From Camelus dromedarius (Eukaryota): DNA of 64,000 bases. Made by a program: the position numbers and the translations under genes. The stretch is from the NCBI RefSeq assembly GCF_036321535.1, contig NC_087454.1:27156001-27220000 (forward strand), in the 5' to 3' direction. Within the stretch, counting starts at the first letter, position 1. Each line of letters opens with the position of its first letter. Positions 10,961-22,189 of this stretch are shown piece after piece. Below the pieces are notes generated by a model that did no database searches, had not been told where the DNA came from, and was given only the letters and a program-made list of their open reading frames with translations.

Positions 10961-11419
10961 TGTTGCAGCAAAGTGTGTTACAGCTCAGTTGTGACAGCAA
11001 CCTAGATTCAGGCGAGAGACCAAGCAGCACTCGGAGGGCTGGAGAATTTAGGCTTATTACACCAGTGGGCCCAGAGGAGTTAACATTCCAAGCTCTGGAC
11101 CCCATCTGTAGGGTTACACAGCCTTTTATAGGCTACAGTCTAGACTTCACAACATTTTGTGACATCATCTGCAAATAAGGTATAGCAAATGTGAATAATT
11201 AGGAACAAGCTTTGCAGAAATGGACCAATCAGGAGCGATTGAAATGGACCAATCAGGAGTTAGCTCAGGGAACCAATAGAATCTTAGGGGTAAGTTCCAC
11301 TTTCCTAGAAGTAAGCCCTTTCAGAGTTTAAAAAGCGAAGTAATGCCGCTGGACCAGGGAACTGGCTGGTGCTGGCAGGAGAGTAATGGCCTTGCCTGGG
11401 GGTCCTGCTGGTCTTTTCA
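10961..11419 (-). mobile_element. Solo ERV LTR, minus orientation, with CCAAT x3 and TATA box
   Basis: Minus strand starts TGAAAAGACC (11419) and ends GCAACA (10961); CCAAT at 11225, 11249, 11273; TATAAAA at 11130-11124; degenerate polyA AATAAG at 11058-11053. No TSD seen. Confidence 0.6.
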
Positions 11420-14295
11420 TGGGGCTTCCCACCTCAGAGATGACCCTGTAAACCTGCAGTGGGGCACATTAGGCTTGTAAGGAGCAGACTCTGAGGTGGT
11501 GGTTGGTACGGGAGGTTTAAAGTGCTTGGGACCAGGCTGGGGAAGAGAAGGAAGCAGGATGGGCAGGAGACCCTTCAGGACTCGCCGCGGAGGCAGGGAG
11601 TGCCAGGGCTTCAAACTCCTGCACCAATCAGTGGGAAAGGCGGGTGGCTGCCCTGGGAGGGGAATGCCTGGGGCGAGGCCGCCTTCTGCCCTCACTACTC
11701 CCAGCACCTGGGCAAGAAGCCTATCAGCCTGAAGTAGGAGCTGAGCAGCACAGCGCAGTGTCCGCCCACCCAGTATGATGCAGAATGAGAAGCACATTTG
11801 CAGCCATTTGGGACCATGAACCTCAGGCTGGCCTACTGGCCTCACAGTGAGAGCACGTGTGTCCTGTGCGGTTAGATCTGTGGCCAGGTTCACAGAGCAA
11901 ATGTCCTGTGAGGGCTGGGGTTTCTTTTTTGCTCATTCCCACGGCCACGACAGGAAGCAGCCCATTGTTCAGAAAGCCTCCTCATCTCATCCACCAAAGG
12001 CAGCAACAGCCCTGGCCTGTCTGATATCCACCCCTGCTCTGCACCTGCTTGCCGTGGATCTGCTGGGGATAAGGGTAAGAGCAGGAAGGAGGAATTGAGA
12101 AGCTGTGGTGTGGGGAAAATGTCCTGGGGGCCCGGAGGTCCAAACAGGCCGCCCAAGCCCATAAGAGCTGGGGAGCTGGGGCATGGGGTCTGCACCTCCT
12201 TCTTAGGGCTCTGTGTCCTTCCTTACCACAGGTTCACGTGGGGACAGCCTCCATGGGTGAGAGGTCTGCCTGGTCCCAGGAGCCCCATCATCCTGGGCAA
12301 ACAGGGATAGTCGGTGTCCCTAACAGCTACCGTTTGTAACATCAGAGGACAAAGGCCTCCGAGTCCAGCACCCACCACCTGGGGCCTAATCATGTTCCCC
12401 TCCACCCTCCCTGGCCCCTTTCAAACGAGGACAAAATAGAGAAATAGGGTCTGACAGTCTTAAAAATAGACTGTGACAAGCATTAGACCTGGAAAAAGAA
12501 CACGAGGGCCAGGCATCACGAGGCATTTACTCGTTTGTGTAAGGTTTGTGTTACTTCATTTTATCTTGAAAACAGTCCTGAGTAGGAATTAGGGTCCCCT
12601 TTCACAAGAGACGAAAAATGGGGCCTGATAGGGTTAGTGACTTGCACAGGTTCCCACAGGGACAGGTGGCATCACTGGGTCCCAGTCCTGAGCCTCTGCA
12701 GTGCTCTCCCACCGACATCCTGATGTCACCTGGGGCAGCGTGTGGTTTGAGTGGAGAATAAACCACCTCCTGTTTACACATCGGGTGATGGCCACACCCT
12801 CCTGATAGGGAGGATGGTTATCATCTTGTGTGTGTGTGCGTTTGTGTGTATGTGTGTCCTGGCACCAGGCCTGTCAGTTCCTCAGTCTGCCCTCTAGTGC
12901 CCCCTCCTGGATATAGGGAAAAAGTGCTGCCTCCCTGCTGCACCCCAGGATTGCCCCCTGCCCCTTCCTCTCTCCCTAGTTCCACCCTGGAGTGGCCCCG
13001 GCCGCCTCGCTGCCTATCAAGGCCCTGACTGTGTCACTCTCCTGACTATGATGTTTGCTCTCCCATCTGGTAGGGCTCTGACTCAGAGCTAAGAGTTGAG
13101 AGGCCACGGCTACCCCCAGGCTCTCATTCCAGTGGTTCCAGGCTGGTAGACCCCTCTTTCCAGGGAAGAAATCAGTCCATTTTCTTCAGCCTTCACTGCA
13201 GAAGAGGCAGAGTCTGAGCCGGGAGCTGTGAGGAAGGGCAGATCCTCTGGCCATTGGCCTCCTCGCCCAGGCTCCTTGACTCCGTCCTCCCTGCCCTAGC
13301 AGTCTTCCAGGCTGTGCTCAGCTCTGAGTTGTCTTTGCTGTATCACAGGGGGGTCCTCTCTTCCCAGGGGACAATGAGTCCCCACGGGGAGGTGATCTCC
13401 CCTTTTCTAAGCCATGGTCTCCCTTCCAGTGGTCTCTGGAGGGCCCTCCATCCACTCCAGGAGCCCAGAACCAGATCCCCGGTTTGGGAACTGGGGGAGA
13501 TAGCCCTGGTCAGCCTCTGCATGCCAGTCTGGGGACAGGCTGGTCCTGCAGCTGGAGGGCTCAGCTGGCAGGTCTCCGCTTTCCCTGGAGGGGGCGCCAG
13601 CAGGCAGCAGCAGTGGGAATATGGGGTCTGCTGGCTCCCAAGACGAGGGACAAGCAGTGCTGTCAGGCAGGCACATCCAGAGGCCCTGTAGAGAACACAT
13701 GGCCCAGGGGTGGGGGGCTTGGACAGCTCTGGGGTCCCCAACGCCTCTGTGGACCCCCAGCTCTTAGTCACCGTCCCTTCCTCTCCTCCAGGATGGGGCG
13801 CTTGGAACATGGGCTGCTTCTAGGAGTTTTTCTTCCCCCGAGGGCATGGGGAAGCTTGAGGAGAGCAGAGAGAAACTGAGGGCAGGGCCTGGGCAGGAAA
13901 AGGGCAGCCCTCCCCTTGTCAGCTTGCTAGTAAAGTGTTCCAAGGCCAACGGGATCTGAGGTTCTCTGTCTGCAAACAGCACCATCAGGGCTTCTCTGCC
14001 ATCCAGCTGGGGCCCAGGGGTCTGTGGCTCTGAGCAGAATTCCCTCGGTGCCTTCCCTGGGACTTCCTGCCTGGTACTCTCTGCTCAGCCTCCCTCTCTC
14101 CCTGCACCCTCCGGCCAGGTTCCTAGCAGCCCAGGGGAACTGAGCAGGTGCAGTGCAGTCTCCGGTTCTGTGAAGGCCTGAGTCCAGTGTTGCACAGTCC
14201 TCACCCCATCCTGGCTCCAATCCAGACAGATCCCCATCTTCATTCCTCCGCTGGCCTCCCAGAACCCCTCTGGGAGAAACTCCCCCTGACCCCAG

Positions 14296-14390
14296 TTAAG
14301 TGTCTTCAGACCAAGCAGCCTTCCACGGAGGCTCCAGACTTGTAGATGGGTCCCTCCAGGGTCTGGCAGGATCATGGCACATGCTGTAGC
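14296..14390 (-). CDS. TREML2: TREML2 exon 5 coding part (cytoplasmic tail), 95 nt
   Basis: SYSMCHDPARPWRDPSTSLEPPWKAAWSEDT*; acceptor cttgcag|; total CDS 978 nt = 325 aa + stop. Confidence 0.9.
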
Positions 14391-14692
14391 CTGCAAGGTT
14401 GGGGAGAGAGATAAAGAGGGCGAGGTCCTCCTGCTCACCACCCTATGCTCCTGAGCCAGCCCATCACCTTCGGCCTTCTGCCCTCCGCTTCCTGCCAGGT
14501 CAGCCCCAGAGGGTTATGCTGTGCTGTCCCTACCTGCCCACCCTCCTCCTTTGCCTGGGTGCCACACAGCCCTCCTGACTGGACGGGGGAGGACACACCA
14601 CCTGGGGATCAAGGGCAGTCAGGCACTTTGGAAAAGGTGTCAGATCCCCAGCGCTCTGTCCTTGGAATGCCAGGAGGGTGGGCTTTACTCAC

Positions 14693-14799
14693 TTCCCATG
14701 TGTCTCTTCTTCCAGAGCCCATAGACCACGATCAGCATCACAGGCACTGGGAGCAAGGCCAGCACCCCAACAAACACAATGAGATAAGAATCCTGGTGC
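14693..14799 (-). CDS. TREML2: TREML2 exon 4 (transmembrane), 107 nt
   Basis: HQDSYLIVFVGVLALLPVPVMLIVVYGLWKKRHMG; acceptor ccccag|, donor A|gtgagt. Confidence 0.95.
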
Positions 14800-15870
14800 C
14801 TGGGGAGAATGGACAGAGCAAGGAGGAGGTGAGCATCAGGGCGCCCCACCCTGGCCCACGTCTTTCTGCATGCCCCACAAGAAGAGTGGGACCAGGGGAA
14901 ACCTGCCAGCCTCGGTGGAGAGTGATGGCCTCTCTTCTTCAGGGCCCCAGCTGTGGGTGAAAGAAGTGAGGTGCTTAGAGGTCAGAAGACGAAGCACTTC
15001 CAACCCCAGCAGAGAGACCCATCTCTCCACTTTAGTACTTCTCCTCTATTATTCCCCCAAATCTGCCGAGGACAAGGATTCTAAGAGACCCCCATTTGTG
15101 ACGGAAGAGACCAAGATTCTTCCTCTCCTCACAGTGACTGACCTTTGTCCTCACCTTTGTCCTCTGTAACAGATGATGTGGGTGCCTGCCTGTGTCCCCT
15201 AGCTGTATCACTTCCACATACGACGGTCCTCAGCACCTCCATTAAAAAAATTTTTTGGCCTGAGGACTTTCTCTTGTCACTTGCTCCCTCTATGCCGCAC
15301 AGGGCAGGCAGCCCTCTACTAGTAACCAACAGGAGTGGTGTGTAAATACCCCAGCTCCCACCCCAGCCTCCAGGTGGCTGCTTGACACTGGACCCCAAAG
15401 TTTCCCCAGCGGGACTGAGCTCTTGCTCCTCACGGTGGTGGCAGCTTGAGTAAGGAGTCTGTCTGCTGCCTCCCCTGTCTCACTTCCCCACACTCTTTTC
15501 AGTGTCCCAAATATGACGTGAATCCTCATTTCAGAGTCTGCATCTGGGGGAACCCAAATCCAAGTGCCCCCCATTTCCCACTTCCTACACCCTGAGCTGG
15601 TCCCCTTGTCCATCCCTACCCTCTCCTCCTCATCCACAGACTTTTATGCTGACCCATCCCCTGCCCTCATTTCCTGCTGCCATCCTTTCTGTCACGCGTC
15701 CATCCCAGCATCCAGTTTCCCATTCAGCAACAGGCCAGACTGAGTTTCTGGGGGGGCGACAGGGGCTGCTCTGCTATAACATTTGCACCTTGAGGTCTGT
15801 TTAGTCCCAGGGACTGTTGCCATGTCTGGTAAAATGGCATTCGACCCAGGCCCCCCTCACCCCGGGGTAC

Positions 15871-16273
15871 CTGCTAGGGGATAATTGGTTGAGGAGAGAT
15901 CTGCTGGTGGTAGGCGATCTGGTGCACAGGTGACCAGCCTTGGTCGGGGTGGAAGCTGGGCCAGCAGAGGAGGCTCTGGCATTGCTGGGAAATGCAGTCA
16001 CTGTCTGGGGCCCCATGGTCCTCCTGGACCCTTCAGTGGAGGGGCTGGCGTCAGTGAAGCTGTAACCTGCCACGGAGGTCAGTCTGATGGTCCCTGGGGC
16101 CGGAGAGGGCAAGGGTCTGGCCAAGGTGAGGAGCCCAGGTGCGAAGAGCGTCGGACTGGTGGTGAAAGGGGCCGCAGGGCCCACAGCAGGGGCAGGGCCT
16201 GTTGTAACGACAATCCCACTCTTCAGGATGCTGGCCACCTCCGGAAGAGGAGTGTCTCTCTTGGTTGTGGATG
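15871..16273 (-). CDS. TREML2: TREML2 exon 3 (Ser/Thr/Pro-rich stalk), 403 nt
   Basis: ASTTKRDTPLPEVASILKSGIVVTTG...RRTMGPQTVTAFPSNAR...SRSLLNQLSPSR; acceptor ccctcag|; donor AG|gtaccc gives the phase exon 4 needs. Confidence 0.93.
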
Positions 16274-17651
16274 CTGAGGGATCAGAGAGGGAGGAATGTA
16301 AGACTGAGTAGATCCTGGCCACCCACACACTTGTCGGGGTGCTTGGGTGGGGCCAGTCCCCGTCTCCCATCCTTGACCTTGGGCCTAGGATTCTACTCTG
16401 CTGGGGAACCAGGTGTGTGTTTGTTCAGAGGGTGAGGTTCAGGGAGGAGGAAGTAGGCACAGGAAAGAAAGAAGAGTCTTTCACAAATTTTCTAGTGTCC
16501 CCTATCAGGCAACCTGGGCCCAGAGGACACTCCCCTCCTTACGCCTATCTCTCTCATCTCCTCCTGGACTCTGCTCTTTCCTGTAAGTCAGAGATTGCTC
16601 TGCTTTGATGTTGAACACAAACTTTCCCAGTTGCTCCATGATTGGCAACTGGGATCCAGAGATGAGGACAAGGAAGCATCCAGGGCCAGATTCCAAAGAA
16701 CACCACCAGCAGCGGGGTCAGATGTCTTCCCTGGGGGCTTATTAAGAGACACTCAGACCGGTCCTGCCACCCTCATCCATCAATTCAGGGCTGTACCATC
16801 CCGTTTTCTAGAGGAAGGCTGGTGTTTGAATGGTGGAAGAGGCTGTGAGGTCTCAGTCTAGGGGGCAACGCTGAGTCTCCCTCACCAAGGAACAGGAAAA
16901 CGGAGAGAGATGGAAGGGGAGGGAGGGCTGCTGCTGCATCCCACTGCTGTGCACGCCAAGGATGTGCTCCTGAGGGCCCGCGATGAAGGAGGGGGTTGGA
17001 CAGCAGCAGTCCCCGACTTCCCCACTTCAGGTGCCTGGGGCCATAAAGCCTGGTCTTCAAGGGGGAGTAGAAGAGCATATATTGCTGGAAAACTTGAGTT
17101 TTTAATCAGGCTGAGGGCTTCTCTGATCCCCAGTATTTTAGTAGCTCCCCCCACCCCTGAGTTACTTTCTAGTTCATCACATTGTTTTATCTTCTTAAGA
17201 ACATCTGCTGTTATCTGAGGTTGTTTGTCTGATGATGTGCTATTGCCTGTCATGTCCCGTAGGGCAGGAACGTGTCTGGTTTTGCTCCCCACTGTATCCT
17301 CAGAGCCTAGAAGAGTGCCTGGCACAGAATCAGGGCTCAGTGAATATATATTGAACAGATGGCTGAATAACACAAAGCACAGAGCATCCTGAGTTCAAAT
17401 CTTACCCCGGCCACTGACTAGCTCTGTGACCCTGGACAAGGTCAGAGCTGCAGAGGACTTTTTGGAGCTCATTTCCTTCATCTGGAAGATGGTGACAAGA
17501 ATGCCCATGAAAGTGTCCGTTAAAGAACTGAAAACCCCACTATATGTCATGCCCATTGATGGATGATTATTCTTATCACATTTGATGTCGGTGGAGTGCA
17601 GGGTGGGGAAGACATGCTACAGCATCCCAGTGCCCCAGGGGACCTGCTCAC

Positions 17652-17972
17652 CTGGAGACACTTCCAGCAGGAAGCCCATCAGAGGGTAGAGGATGCCGGA
17701 GCTGTTGCGCATGCACCAGTACCGGCCTGAGTCCTGGCGCCTCAGGGCCGCCATGGTGATGTTGACCACCTTGGCCTGGGTATCGTCCTGCAGCAAGTAG
17801 CGTGGCCCCTGCACCCAGACACGGGTGAACCCAGTCTCACACTTCCTCCTCCTGATTTTGCACCAAACCTTGCCCTCTACGTGGTTTTTGCGGTTCTTGT
17901 AGGAGCACTGCACGGACAGAGTCTCCCCTTCAAAGTGCTGCACTTTGGAGTACACACTCCCAACAGGGTCAC
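17652..17972 (-). CDS. TREML2: TREML2 exon 2 (Ig V-set), 321 nt
   Basis: VYSKVQHFEGETLSVQCSYKNRKNHVEGKVWCKIRRRKCETGF...QDSGRYWCMRNSSGILYPLMGFLLEVSP; canonical splice sites. Confidence 0.97.
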
Positions 17973-19921
17973 CTGGGGAGACACAACTGGTTGAGAAAAC
18001 AGGAAGGAAGCATCTTGAAATTCAAAACTCGTGGTGAAGGGAGATGAGGTAGATATTGCTCTGCTGTCATGGAACTCAAAGTTTGAAGGAGAAACACAGC
18101 CTGACTCTGAGGGAGCTGTCCGATGGGGGAGACACAAGCATAGCCCGCAGGGAGCCCTTAGTCTGATGGAGGAAACTCAGCCCTTGACACTCAGGGAGCT
18201 CCAGCAGACACGGCCCTTTTCTTTGTGGCGTTTTCTAGTCTTATGGGAGAGTAAGTCTCATCTTCAGGGTCTTGTGGGAAAGAGTCAGTCCTGCCTTCAG
18301 TGAGACAGGCACAGTTAGAGGCACAGATAGAGGCACAGTCATTGTTATGAAATTCCAGAGCACAGTCAATTTAGGTAGATAAGAAAATCCATTCTTTGAA
18401 AAAATTGAGTGTAGTTGTTTATTTCACAAACAGGTTCACTATCATCATCTTTTAAATAGCAAGCTGTCTGAGTTCATTCTAGGTGATGTTTCATTTTTAA
18501 ATATTCTAGTTACAAACCCCTCATAGATTCAATATGCCCAAACATGCCTATAAACTCCCAATGGAGTGTAAACCAAAGAATTTTACAGCTATTCACTATT
18601 CATCTAAAATATGTTGTCCTCAATGCCCAGGAATAAGATGTGGTCCGTGAGCTACATAATCCACGGTCGGATGGCGAGAGAGCAGAACGAGGGCTGGGGG
18701 TCATGAACCGGGGGCAGGGAGAAAGAGGAAGCCGCAGCAGGGTCCCTCCACTGCTCCACCCACCTTAAGCTCAGCGCTTGCTCCTCTAATACCCTCAGAG
18801 CCTCCTCCAAATACACACACACATTTCTCCCCAGTGGGACAGAGGAGAGAGCACACATTTTGGAGTCTAGATAAACATGAATTAAACTCTGGTTCTGCTA
18901 CTGACTAACCTCTTAATGTCTCTGTTTCTAACCTGTACAGGTGGCTGTGAGAACTGCGCCCCAGCACGGTGCCTTAAATGTAGTACGCGCTCAGCGCGTG
19001 TCTTCTTTTCCCAGATGCAGGTTGTTCCAGACTTCTCCAGTGGGACCCAGAGCTGCGAAAGCCAAGGGCCCGGCACCCAAGACATCCACCTCAGTTTCCA
19101 ACCCCGTTGCCACCAAAGTTGAGGCTCAGAGTAAGGTAACACCCTCTCTGCTTATCACTTTGTCCCACACAAGTTAAAAAGAATAATCCAACTCGCTTAT
19201 TTGGCAGGTGGCAGGTTTGGGAGATCTCCAGGAGACACTCTCCAGCCCTGGCAGAGATGGGCCTCTCTAGGGTTGGTGCATGAGTGGGGCAATCTTGGAA
19301 AGGGTCTCCAGGGCACGGTGTTCCTTTGTGCCCACCATCCACCCCTCTCACAAGGCGGTGCCCAGAACTGAACAGAAAGTGGTAACTCAGTTGCCATGGC
19401 AGCGAGGGAAACAGGATTGGGTGAGGCCCCATCAGGGAGCATTGAGGAGCTGTGGGGTGGGAGAGAGACCTTCAGGGGTTGCTTCCTCCGCAGGACAGAG
19501 GGTAGGCACAGGGGTTGTGGCATCAGCATTCCAAGAAAAAGCAAGTTCAAAGCGCACATACATTAGGTAATGTTTCCCATAACAGGGTAAAGTTAACCAA
19601 ACAGGGCTTAAGCTGAGGGAGGAGGGCTTGTGGTATGAGGGAATGGAGTGGCCCTGGTCTAGGTCCTGAGGAAGCCAGCCAGATAAAGGGGCTGGTGCAG
19701 GGAGGGTCCAGAGCTTTATCTCACTTTGTGAGGCCTGGGCTAGCTTTGCCTGGGGCTAGGCACTAGGATGGAACCTTCTCACTGGTCTCTGGTAAGGAGC
19801 TACTGGTCAGCCAGACCTCCTCCTCCTCCAATGCCACAGGATTGCTGGGCAAGGAAAAGCAAGAAGGGGGTCCAGGAACAGGCCATCCCCTCCCCCCTAG
19901 ACCACCCACCCACCCTCTCAC

Positions 19922-19973
19922 CTGAGATGGGGCCCTGGAGCCACAGCAGCAGCAGCAGGAAGATGGGAGCCAT
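19922..19973 (-). CDS. TREML2: TREML2 exon 1 (signal peptide MAPIFLLLLLWLQGPIS), 52 nt
   Basis: gccATGG start; donor TCAG|gtgaga; resembles human MAPAFLLLLLLWPQGCVSG. Confidence 0.93.
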
Positions 19974-20102
19974 GGCTCCAAGCAGTGAGGACCACCCAGC
20001 GGGGGCAGGAATCCCAGGCTAGGGCCTAGGCCTATGCTGGATCCGCCACTTGGGTCAGCCCGGGACGACCTAGGCTTCTAAAACTGAAGCTGCCCATTTA
20101 GG

Positions 20103-20120
20103 AAAATGAGGAAGTTGTGG
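20103..20120. promoter_or_regulatory. PU.1/ETS motif (AAAATGAGGAAGT) with adjacent TGTGG, about 130 nt upstream of TREML2 ATG
   Basis: Motif match only; plausible for a leukocyte promoter. Confidence 0.4.
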
Positions 20121-22189
20121 GACCCACTGCCATCAGCAGACCACAAGGGGAGAGGGCGGCGCTGGTGCAGTTTACGCCCTCTTCCTCGAAACTTCAGGCA
20201 GGTGTGGCCACCCCACCCAGTTTGGGGCCTCACGGCTCAGGGAGGGTCAGAAGACTCCTCACCCACTTCCGATTCCGTCCCGGAATCTGGTCCAATAGGG
20301 GTGCCTCCTCATCTGAAGTCGGTTATTCATCTAGGGGGCTGGTGTGAGGTTTCTAGAACCCTGTCAGGTACAGACTTCCCTGGAATCCTCTGGGCTCAGA
20401 GACCCAGGGGTAAGGCTATGGGGCTGAGGCGGCGCACCTTGGGCCCTACATGTGAAAAACAAACACACGTTCACAAGGAGCTTTATCTGAACTCCCACTC
20501 ATGTATTCGTTCATTCATTTGTGCATGCAGGCATTCATTCTGGCCCCTGCCTCTCTCTCCCAGGCTCCTAGCTGGTCAGATCAGTCCCTCATACTCACAC
20601 TTGTGAATAACCCCCTCCATGCTCAAACAGAGCTTATTTTTGTCACGGTTAAAGTGACGGGGAAAAAAGATGCAAATTGTGAGACTCAGAGCATAAAGTT
20701 TGGGTTCAGGGAGGAGCACCTATGCTCTCACATGTGGGGGCGTTCACACACACAGACACATGCACACTCAGACTCCACACTCACACACACCCAAACACAA
20801 ACAGAAGCTGCCTCTTTGTTTCAATACTTACATGTCTTCTTATCTTCATCCCTCTCTCTGCCTCTCCTACCATCACCTCTAATCACCCACCAGCTCTCTC
20901 CAGACTCCTGCTCCCTCCTGCATTCTTCCTAGTGCAAACCCAATGCTTCCCCTCCCCCACCTCGCCTCCAGAAACCACGCCCCCCCCTCCGGCTCTGGCC
21001 CCCAGCCAGCACACAGGCATGCCCACTCAGCTTCCTCTCAGCCAACCCTATCTCTCCTAGACAGCCGTCCGGCTCCAGCTAAAGTGACCCAGCATCAGGC
21101 CCAAGACCCCACCCTTCACTTGGTCTCCAGGGCTGAGAATCAGAAGGGCAGGCTTCTGGCATCCAGGAGCGGTATCTTGGGCTCCTTCAGGGTGTGGGGA
21201 CCCAGGTGGGCGCCCATGACTATCTGTGCCCCCTCTAGTCACCTGTGCCAACTTTCTTCTCCTCAGATGGGACTCATAGCAAAATGTCCTCAAGTTTGCA
21301 TGGCCGCAGACTTACGCTGAGCGGAACCCCCAGGTCCTGAACCAAGACAAGGAAGTCTTATCTTTGCTGACTCCAAACGTTTAGTCTCCTGACTTTGTTC
21401 ATTCATTCATTCATTCATTCCTTTGTTCTTACAGTCTTATGTGCTATGTGTGGTGCTGGGCATTCGAGGTATATGAATGAGATACAGTTGTCGCTTCAGA
21501 CCTCTCAGCCCCCACGAGACACAGTCTACTTTCCTTATTCACCCTTCATTTGTAATATTCGCCCCCGGTTTAATACTTCTTCTCAGACCCCTGAGTGCAG
21601 AGGCTGTCTCTCCTCCCAACACATGTGGTATCTTCCTTCTCCTCTTCCCTCCACCAGAAGAGTAAATGGCTTTAGGTCTGGGGGAATCTCATTTATCTCT
21701 CGGGACTTCAGGTGCCTGGAATCAATGCTTCTACTAAACCCCCACAGCATTCCTGGCTCTGAGTGAGGCCTTGTGAAAAGTGCAGTCGCTGTGAGAGCTA
21801 CCTGATAAGGATATAAAAACCCAAACAGGTCACAAAGGGCGAGGCCATCAGGCTGGACCATCAGCAGGAGGCTGCTGAGGCCAGACCAGGTGTGAGAGCC
21901 ACACAGAAGGGCCCGGGGAGGGTTCTCAGGACCCAGCAGTCAGGAGGAGCCTGAGTCTTTGCCCTGTCTCTGCTCCTAAGTGGCTAGACCAGCCCCATGT
22001 AATCTCTGGGCCACATGCTATGATGTCTTGGATAGCCCCTAAGATTCTTTTGGCTCTGACTTCCGAGAGGCTCCTCCTCATATCTGTGGGGCTGTCAGGG
22101 AAGGAGGAACGACTGTGACCGCCTACACTCTCATCAGGTTTCCTATGTGCCACATCCCTAACGATACTGAGCACTTTACAGCATCCTCA

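Noticed and set aside
21800-21900. Minus-strand hydrophobic stretch ending at a GT donor, candidate TM exon for psiB
   Set aside because: No lysine-containing TM can be read without multiple edits; too weak to call.
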